DNA of 8,288 nt from a virus (taxonomy: Duplodnaviria > Heunggongvirae > Uroviricota > Caudoviricetes): IMG/VR virus record IMGVR_UViG_2654587570_000010, positions 1 to 8,288 of that record. One strand, 5' to 3'. The notes under the pieces were generated by a model. That model was not told the DNA's origin, ran no database searches, and worked only from the letters and a program-made list of their open reading frames with translations. Within the stretch, counting starts at the first letter, position 1, and each line of letters opens with the position of its first letter. Positions 1 through 8,288 of the stretch are shown here, piece after piece. A program made the position numbers and the translations under genes.

Positions 1-43
1 CAGTAGCTGAACAGGAGGGACAGCTGATAGAAACAGAAGCCAC
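1..43 (-). CDS. insA: IS1 InsA, N-terminal fragment (about 14 codons, continues off-window)
   Basis: On the minus strand, GTG GCT TCT GTT TCT ATC AGC TGT CCC TCC TGT TCA GCT ACT translates to (M)ASVSISCPSCSAT, the remembered InsA N-terminus with its CxxC motif. The GTG start is at 41-43. Confidence 0.8.
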   Translation of the reverse strand, partial: MASVSISCPSCSAT

Positions 44-76
44 TGGAGCACCTCAAAAACACCATCATACACTAAA

Positions 77-98
<22 letters not shown>
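1..98 (-). mobile_element. IS1 insertion sequence, partial (left terminus; the rest lies beyond the window's left edge)
   Basis: The reverse complement of 1-98 reads GGTGATGCTGCCAACTTACTGATTTAGTGTATGATGGTGTTTTTGAGGTGCTCCAGTGGCTTCTG..., which matches the IS1 terminal inverted repeat and leader as I recall them. The outermost IS1 base is at 98. Match is from memory, not from a search. Confidence 0.9.
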
Positions 99-2681
<2,583 letters not shown>

Positions 2682-2870
2682 GCTTACCTTCCCTGAACGA
2701 GCTAACATAAATGCGCCCTTTCTAGCACAGCGAAAAAATGTAAATCCTGATAGCAATATGATTGAAAATTAATAACTTTTCGTTAGGCAGTTTTGGGTGT
2801 GAGTTGCAAGAGGGGAGACTACTGAATAACTCAAGTTTTATAATCGAGGGGAAAATGGTGATGGCGTTCA

Positions 2871-2905
2871 TAGCAAAACGCCCTCAACCATAAAGGTCGA
2901 GGGCG
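2871..2905 (-). terminator. Candidate rho-independent terminator downstream of tRNA-Asn
   Basis: On the minus strand, an 11-bp stem (plus 2879-2889 paired with 2895-2905, one G-U wobble) with a 5-nt loop is followed by UUUU (plus 2875-2878). It lies about 90 nt past the tRNA 3' end. Confidence 0.5.
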
Positions 2906-2993
2906 CTTAAGATGTTAAAAACCCGCTATCCGTTAATAAACAATGTTCAACTAAGGTTAGTGACATTGCGCTAAGAAGCGAATTTTTAGAATT

Positions 2994-3069
2994 TGGCTCC
3001 TCTGACTGGACTCGAACCAGTGACATACGGATTAACAGTCCGCCGTTCTACCGACTGAACTACAGAGGA
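2994..3069 (-). tRNA. asnT: tRNA-Asn (anticodon GUU), 76 nt with encoded CCA
   Basis: The reverse complement is UCCUCUGUAGUUCAGUCGGUAGAACGGCGGACUGUUAAUCCGUAUGUCACUGGUUCGAGUCCAGUCAGAGGAGCCA, with anticodon loop CUGUUAA. The asnT name is by position between yeeJ and mtfA. Confidence 0.95.
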
Positions 3070-3169
3070 ATCGTGTGAACGGGGCGAATATTACTTAGCG
3101 GTACCTTGTCTGTCAACACTAAATTTCATAAGTCATTTCAATTGGTTAATTAATCTGCAAAGTTGTTAA

Positions 3170-3967
3170 TTAATGAACATTCGTCGCCGAAAACGAGTCT
3201 GTATCATTAGTGCGATGCAGTCTCTGCAAAGGATCTTGTTGATAAAATTGGCAGAAACGTTGCCACAATGAAGGGAAACGAGGAGCAAAAAGTTCTGGGG
3301 CGCTAAAGAAATATTCAGAAAGTACGGCAAAACATTCAGCAGGATCACTGGCAGCATAAGCATCAATGCTCGCCGCATTCTCGCCAACTAATTCGATTTC
3401 TTCCTGAATGTTGTTCATTGCAGCATGAAGATCGTGTTCCCAGCCAGCAACCTCACGCAACGGAATAAAGGGAACTCCGCTGGCGCGATCGCCGTTACGG
3501 GTGTCCAGCTTATGAGCGACTTCATGAATAATCAGGTTAAAACCAGAAGCATCAAAAGAATCTTGTATATCCAACCAGTTCAAAACGATAGGCCCTTGCT
3601 GCCAGCTCTGACCTGACTGAACAATACGTTGGTTATGCACCAGACCGATATCGTCTTCCCATTCATCATCGACCACAAATGGCGCAGGATAAATTAAGAC
3701 TTCATGAAAACCATCCAGCCATTCCAGTCCTAACTCCAGAACGGGTAGGCAAAATAGAAGTGCTATCCGGCAGCTTCTTAATGAATCCAGTTCAAAGCCC
3801 TGTAAAGGAACAAGCCGCTTTTGCTGTAAAAAACGTTCGGCAAGAGTGACTAATTTGCTTTGTTCCTGTTCCGTCAGACACGTTAAAAGGGGGATCGATA
3901 GTGCTTCCTGCCAGGGAAGGGCAGTTTGATGTGCTGATTCTTGTACTTTCCAGGGCCACTTAATCAT
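3170..3967 (-). CDS. mtfA: MtfA (Mlc titration factor A), zinc-dependent peptidase, 265 aa
   Basis: The translation [28 protein letters not shown]...HEVAHKLD... contains an HExxH metallopeptidase motif and matches the remembered E. coli MtfA (YeeI) in sequence and length. The start is taken at the ATG at 3965-3967 rather than the upstream GTG used by the ORF track. Confidence 0.92.
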
Positions 3968-4060
3968 CGTTTTGCTCGCAAACTCGTCACTTGAACAAAA
4001 TTGCACGGACAGGGACTGTTAAAATGCCAAATTTCCTGGCATCATGGCAACCATCTGAAC

Positions 4061-4150
4061 GGAGAGATGCCGGAGCGGCTGAACGGACCGGTCTCGAAAA
4101 CCGGAGTGGGGGCAACTCCACCGGGGGTTCAAATCCCCCTCTCTCCGCCA
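4061..4150 (+). tRNA. serU: tRNA-Ser (anticodon CGA), 90 nt, long variable arm, encoded CCA
   Basis: The sequence GGAGAGAUGCCGGAGCGGCUGAACGGACCGGUCUCGAAAACCGG...GGGGGUUCAAAUCCCCCUCUCUCCGCCA has anticodon loop CUCGAAA and a class II variable arm. It is divergent from mtfA, as in the remembered K-12 order. Confidence 0.95.
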
Positions 4151-4195
4151 AAATTCAATCACTTACACATCATTAAGTCAGTGACAAAAATCACA

Positions 4196-4232
4196 CTTGG
4201 AATTACTTGGAATATTTTCTTGGAATATTTTC
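4196..4232. repeat. Three tandem direct repeats CTTGGAAT(T/A) (4196-4205, 4206-4219, 4220-4232), candidate integrase arm-type (P') binding sites in attL
   Basis: Repeats are directly visible: cttggaatta / cttggaatattttc / ttggaatattttc. They overlap the last codons of int (..PENIPRKYSK*) and lie between the tRNA 3' end and int, where P'1-P'3 sit in lambda attL. Function is inferred. Confidence 0.35.
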
Positions 4233-5228
4233 AGGTAACGGGATATTAAGTGTTGGTGAAACTTTAACCTTCCTGTCATAGATTAGCACTTGCCCTTCGG
4301 TTTTGTGACCAGAGAAAAGTTGCTTATCCCGGCTACTTCCTTCATAGTCTGAAATTCCTTTCGCCTTCAGATCATGAAAGGTGAAGTCGGTTAAAATACC
4401 TGAAATTTTTCCAGCACGATTTCTTGCTTCTACCCACATTTCGTTAAAGCCTTTGTACATATATCGGTTGCCGTATTGGTTGCTGATTACATAGGCGGAT
4501 GTTGGTAACTGTTTTGCTTTTTCGATCGCCGCCTGTAATCGTGGACTCCATGCTTTTATCTGTTTTTTCCCTGTTTTCCCTTGCTGGATAAAGATCCCGT
4601 CGTTTCCAATCTGCTCCCATTTCAGCGATAACACATCGGAAATCCTCGCTGCACACAGATAGGCAATTTCCATTGCGATGAAAACAGGAAGAGGTGCAAC
4701 GCTTAATACTGCCTGGTATTCTTTGTCGGTTACATATCGTTCGCGGTTTTTGGCCTTGAATTTACTTACACCTGCACATGGGTTAGCCTTCACGTACCCT
4801 CGCTCATACCCCCAACTGTAAACACGGGACATACTGCTTTTTTCATGGTTGGCTTGCGTTTTACTCTGCTCCCCTCTTTTGTCCATGTATCGACGGATGT
4901 GTTCTGGTTTTATGGAATCTGCCGGCACCTTACCGAATACGGCAAGCAACTTTTTTTGATGTTGCAGATAATCTTTTTGTGTTCTTGGGCTCAACTCACT
5001 GTAACAGGCGCTGGCGAGGAATTTTTCCCACAAGCGACCAAATGTCATTGCACGATCGCGGTTATTTACAGTTTCCTCATACTTTTTCCATAACGCGGCT
5101 AAACCATCTTTGATGGCGGTTAGTGTTACAGATTCTCTGGATGTTGGTTTCCATACATAACTATATTTATTTGGGTATACATTTGGAGGTAATCTTTCGT
5201 GTTCAGGGTTTTTCCTTCGTCTTCCCAT
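4203..5228 (-). CDS. int: Tyrosine site-specific recombinase, lambda-family phage integrase (341 aa)
   Basis: The N-terminus MGRRRKNPEHERLPPNVY resembles the lambda Int arm-binding N-terminal domain (MGRRRSHERRDLPPNLY, from memory). Length is typical, and the gene sits directly next to a tRNA 3' end. The ATG is at 5226-5228. Confidence 0.9.
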   Translation of the reverse strand: MGRRRKNPEHERLPPNVYPNKYSYVWKPTSRESVTLTAIKDGLAALWKKYEETVNNRDRAMTFGRLWEKFLASACYSELSPRTQKDYLQHQKKLLAVFGKVPADSIKPEHIRRYMDKRGEQSKTQANHEKSSMSRVYSWGYERGYVKANPCAGVSKFKAKNRERYVTDKEYQAVLSVAPLPVFIAMEIAYLCAARISDVLSLKWEQIGNDGIFIQQGKTGKKQIKAWSPRLQAAIEKAKQLPTSAYVISNQYGNRYMYKGFNEMWVEARNRAGKISGILTDFTFHDLKAKGISDYEGSSRDKQLFSGHKTEGQVLIYDRKVKVSPTLNIPLPENIPRKYSK

Positions 5229-5437
5229 CAGATCGCACCAAAATTCGGCTCTACCTCGCGTGGTGGTAAAGTTTTATTGCAGGTAAATAGATCCCGGCTG
5301 ACAATCGGTTTGCCACTGCGATTGGTATAGAACGGAAGCCCATTTTCTATTAACCATTTTCGCTGGTGGCTTGCATATTTGCAGCCCGTTAATATTAGCA
5401 ATTCATCTTCGGTTAAAAATAAGCTGCTCATAGCCAT
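5228..5437 (-). CDS. Small excisionase-like / DUF4224-like protein (69 aa), translationally coupled to int
   Basis: Its TGA stop overlaps the int ATG (minus-strand cTGATGg). The motif LTEDELLILTGCKYASHQRKWLIENGLPFYTNRSGKPIV resembles small winged-helix proteins found upstream of phage integrases. Assignment is by pattern and position only. Confidence 0.55.
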   Translation of the reverse strand: MAMSSLFLTEDELLILTGCKYASHQRKWLIENGLPFYTNRSGKPIVSRDLFTCNKTLPPREVEPNFGAI

Positions 5438-5489
5438 ATCTCATAACCGCCGCTAACTATATGCGGTTAGCGGCGATCAGGGTTGAACA

Positions 5490-7970
5490 TTAAAAATCAG
5501 CCTGATCCGGGATCATTTTTTGTATGGTGGCTGTAACGTATTTTGCCTGGTGGAGAGCGTCATCCAGTGCATTATGGCGTACGCCTTCGAATGGAATAGC
5601 TGTCTTGGCATCAAAGTCGATGGTTTTTCCCAGTTCGACGATTGTGCGCACGTCGCGATCGTTGCAGTAATGCCACGGGCAGGTGATCCCCTGCCGTTCA
5701 TATGAACGGCGTAAAATTGTGTTGTCGAAAGTTGCGCCATTGCCCCATACCTGCACGAATTTCTCATCTGAATGTTCGCTGATGAATTCCCGGAACCGTA
5801 AAAGGGCATCCTTCAGTTTTACCTGGTCTACCAAGATTGCAGATCTCGCCTCACTGGACTGCGCCAGCCACCATTCAATGGTGGAACCATCCGGAACAGC
5901 ACCTGTGGTCATTGCGTCAGCTAGGCTGATAACGATATAAAACGTTGGCCCGATTTCCCCTGTCTGCGGATCGAAAAACACAGCACCAATAACCACTATG
6001 GGCGCGTTGGTGTTAGTTCCCATCGTCTCGAGGTCGAGCATCAGGTGGTACCACATTCTGCTGGCGGATGTGGCTTTGTGATGATCGTTCGCCTTAATTA
6101 AGGTATTTGTCGTCTCGCCAGTTTCACCATCGCTATCGTGATAGTGATCATTGCCAGCGTCCTCCTTGTGATGATGTTCAGAGTCTTCCATTTCTTCCGG
6201 ATCTTTTTCCTGAGATTCGACCTGATTTTTTTCATTGAATGTTTCCTGGTATGTTGCGTCGCCCATCACCGCGCCACAATCAGGGCAGTTGCCGCCACCG
6301 CTCTGACCGCAGGTGGTGCAGATCTTTTCCTGTTCTTGTTGCGCTACTGGTTCAGGCTGTTTCGTTTCTGGCTCGTTTTGTAACGCATTTGGGCTGTTTT
6401 GTTCCGCTTTCTGGTCGTTCTGTTCCGTTTCTTGCTGGTTCTGGTTCACAGAATCGCGGGTTTCAATCCCCTTCACCCATTTCGGATCATTCGGGTCGCT
6501 AATCCCTGCAACAAATTCACCACGTGATACTGCAAGCAGTTCATCGGCGTCAGGCTGGCTGATATTGGCTGCCTGCATAATTTTGTTTACTTCGTCAGCG
6601 GTAACTTTTACCGGCCCTGGTTGTGCGGTCGTGTCAGATGCACCAGTATTTTGTTGTGAACCTGAGTATGTACCGTTTTTGCGGGCGAAATATTCTTCTT
6701 TCGTGATTTCAGTAGCCCCGGCAGCCAGTGCCTTATCCAGACCAGAAAGTTTGTTTGCGCGACCGTATTTTTTGCCACCCTTGTCGGTGAAGAGGAAGTA
6801 GAACGGCCCCTCACGCTCTACAGATGGTTCGACTTCCACTTTGCATTCGGTTTTTTCGTTGTCCTGAATTGCCGTTTCCACTGCATCAGTTTCTGGTACT
6901 GGCGACGAGAGAGTATCAGTTGCGCTCTGATTTCTTCCTTCATCTTCAAACACGCCCTTTGTAGTCAGGTATTCAGTAATGTATTTGTTCAGTGCCACAG
7001 GGTCTTTGTGAATGTCGATCGGACGTTCACGGACAAGGCCAAAAATAGTCTGGCGGTCGTAGCGAAGGGCATCAGGCTGTTTGCGCATTGATGCCGAGAT
7101 ACGCTTCCAGTCTTCGCGGTCGTTGTCGATAACTTCATTTTTTGCCCAGCGATGGATGCTGCCGTCAATGTTTCCGGCATCCACATCACCAGGCCAGAGA
7201 GCGTAGGCCAGTTCGTCATCCAGTGTTTTCCATGTCTGCTTGTATTCGCGATGAATGGCAGCAATGACCGGGCTGATTTTTCCTGTTGAATTTTCAGTGT
7301 GCTGTTGATTGGCTCTGGCGCGGGCGAGATCAACAACAGACGTGTATTTTCCGGTTTCCTTGCGTTCACCTTCGCGACGTTTTTTCCAGATGCGCATCTT
7401 TGCCTGAATTTCGGGCCATTTGGCACCAGGCTTACATTTATGCTTAACCCACCCGATGGCATGCAGCTTAAGCTCCGGATACATGGCGTTAACTTCTGGC
7501 ATTTTCATCAACGCTTCAACGATATGTCCGTCGAATGTTGCCATGTCTTCCTGCAACAGTTCCTGCGCGCTAATCACCATATCAACGGTGATGTTTTCAC
7601 ATGTGTCGAACTTAACCATGACAGCGTTCTGTACTTCAGGGGCCAGCTTGTCAAAAGTGACGTTCATAGGATCTGATTCAGTCTCAACCGGGACAAAGGA
7701 AGCAGACTCCTCATCCCAGCGGTTTTCCTGCATAAATTCAGCATCCCAGGAATCGAGGGCAGGGCGGGGTATACCGGGTTTATCCTCGCAAACAAGAAAT
7801 TTATAAGCGCAGTCCTGAGCAGCCGGATAATGTTCCAGGAATTGCCAGTGAAATTTTGCGCGGGCGCGACGTTCATCACCGGCTTCAATGGCTGTGGCTA
7901 CAGGTTTAGCGCCTTCTTGTTTTATTGCCTGTTCGTCCGGAATGGCAGCGCAAATAAAGACTTTACTCAT
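5490..7970 (-). CDS. Prophage exonuclease (826 aa): RecE-like central region with C4 zinc ribbon, fused to a C-terminal DnaQ-like DEDDh 3'-5' exonuclease domain
   Basis: ATG at 7968-7970 with a GAGGT Shine-Dalgarno about 9 nt upstream. Residues about 476-620 (ADELLAVSRGEFVAGISDPNDPKWVKGIETRD...CTTCGQSGGGNCPDCGAVMGDATYQETF...) resemble the central region of Rac RecE as I remember it. Residues about 639-826 carry DEDDh motifs: LDLETMG, WGNGATFD, HNALDDA. Confidence 0.8.
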   Translation of the reverse strand: MSKVFICAAIPDEQAIKQEGAKPVATAIEAGDERRARAKFHWQFLEHYPAAQDCAYKFLVCEDKPGIPRPALDSWDAEFMQENRWDEESASFVPVETESDPMNVTFDKLAPEVQNAVMVKFDTCENITVDMVISAQELLQEDMATFDGHIVEALMKMPEVNAMYPELKLHAIGWVKHKCKPGAKWPEIQAKMRIWKKRREGERKETGKYTSVVDLARARANQQHTENSTGKISPVIAAIHREYKQTWKTLDDELAYALWPGDVDAGNIDGSIHRWAKNEVIDNDREDWKRISASMRKQPDALRYDRQTIFGLVRERPIDIHKDPVALNKYITEYLTTKGVFEDEGRNQSATDTLSSPVPETDAVETAIQDNEKTECKVEVEPSVEREGPFYFLFTDKGGKKYGRANKLSGLDKALAAGATEITKEEYFARKNGTYSGSQQNTGASDTTAQPGPVKVTADEVNKIMQAANISQPDADELLAVSRGEFVAGISDPNDPKWVKGIETRDSVNQNQQETEQNDQKAEQNSPNALQNEPETKQPEPVAQQEQEKICTTCGQSGGGNCPDCGAVMGDATYQETFNEKNQVESQEKDPEEMEDSEHHHKEDAGNDHYHDSDGETGETTNTLIKANDHHKATSASRMWYHLMLDLETMGTNTNAPIVVIGAVFFDPQTGEIGPTFYIVISLADAMTTGAVPDGSTIEWWLAQSSEARSAILVDQVKLKDALLRFREFISEHSDEKFVQVWGNGATFDNTILRRSYERQGITCPWHYCNDRDVRTIVELGKTIDFDAKTAIPFEGVRHNALDDALHQAKYVTATIQKMIPDQADF

Positions 7971-8063
7971 TTTGTTTTAACCTCATGACAGATTTAAGGG
8001 TGAACAAATCCCTGCCATTGCTGGCATATAAGAATGAAATCGGATGTTTATTACGGAACTGTT

Positions 8064-8255
8064 TTAAAGACCTGCCGGGATTTCGTTATTATCCTGGTGA
8101 ATAACTTTATCGACCGGGTAACAGTTACCGGGAATTTTCTGTTCGGTTGCTGCAGTCACACACTCCTGCATTGTCCTGTGAACACTGATTGCAATATCAA
8201 CTGGCTCTCCGGAAACAAGAAAAACTGTCAGAACAAGTGCAAATGCTGTATTCAT
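8064..8255 (-). CDS. Small hypothetical prophage protein with hydrophobic N-terminus (63 aa from MNTAF; the ORF track starts 3 codons earlier at 8264)
   Basis: Open frame with N-terminal hydrophobic stretch MNTAFALVLTVFLVSG, possibly a signal peptide or membrane anchor. AAGGA lies about 8 nt upstream of the second ATG (8253-8255), which favours that start. It is co-oriented upstream of the exonuclease gene. Confidence 0.45.
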   Translation of the reverse strand: MNTAFALVLTVFLVSGEPVDIAISVHRTMQECVTAATEQKIPGNCYPVDKVIHQDNNEIPAGL

Positions 8256-8288
8256 TGCCAGCATCCTTTTTGTATCGGACGTAAACGG

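Larger units (their letters stand above)
4151..8288. mobile_element. Left end of a lambdoid prophage or integrative element inserted at the 3' end of tRNA-Ser (continues past the right window edge)
   Basis: A lambda-type int gene begins 52 bp from the tRNA 3' end, followed by xis-like and exonuclease genes all transcribed toward the tRNA, which is the lambda pL-side gene order. From memory, K-12 has yodB at this position instead. Confidence 0.8.

Noticed and set aside
2682-2756. Extended yeeJ N-terminus starting at 2756 (MLSGFTFF...)
   Set aside because: The ATG at 2679-2681 (MATKK...) has a well-placed AAGGT ribosome-binding site, and the upstream extension has no signal-peptide logic.
3968-4006. 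Extended mtfA start ([13 protein letters not shown]...)
   Set aside because: The upstream start is a GTG, and the shorter ATG start gives the 265-aa MIKWPWK... protein that matches the known MtfA N-terminus.
3991-4025. Sigma70 -35/-10 hexamers for serU (TTGAAC or TTGCAC with TAAAAT)
   Set aside because: The spacings are 23 and 13 bp, neither of which is compatible with a functional promoter. The real promoter cannot be assigned by eye.
4001-4249. 82-aa plus-strand ORF
   Set aside because: It overlaps the entire tRNA-Ser gene and the int 3' end, and no ribosome-binding site is apparent. It is an artefact of the open frame across a structured RNA gene.
6313-6801. 162-aa Cys/Phe-rich plus-strand ORF
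   Set aside because: It lies wholly antisense to the exonuclease CDS. Its odd composition mirrors the Q/E-rich coding strand, and it has no independent support.

Overview
This window looks like an Escherichia coli chromosomal segment running across the junction between conserved backbone and a lambdoid prophage integrated at tRNA-Ser (serU). All protein genes are on the minus strand. From left to right: (1) the terminal 98 bp of an IS1 element (1-98), including the first codons of insA; (2) an inverse-autotransporter adhesin gene of the intimin/invasin family, yeeJ-like, that appears inactivated twice, by the IS1 insertion at its 3' side and by a 1-nt frame change separating the signal peptide from the LysM/beta-barrel/Ig-like body; (3) tRNA-Asn (GUU) with a downstream hairpin terminator; (4) mtfA, a 265-aa HExxH zinc peptidase; (5) tRNA-Ser (CGA) on the plus strand; (6) immediately 3' of the tRNA, a lambda-type tyrosine integrase, a translationally coupled small excisionase-like gene, a large 826-aa exonuclease gene and a small hydrophobic-N-terminus ORF. 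The most interesting items are the 826-aa protein, which joins a RecE-like central segment to a C-terminal DnaQ-like DEDDh 3'-5' exonuclease domain with no annealase gene beside it, and three tandem CTTGGAAT repeats at the integrase 3' end that sit where P' arm-type sites of attL would be expected. Gene names rest on recognition of the sequences from memory and on synteny; no database search was run.
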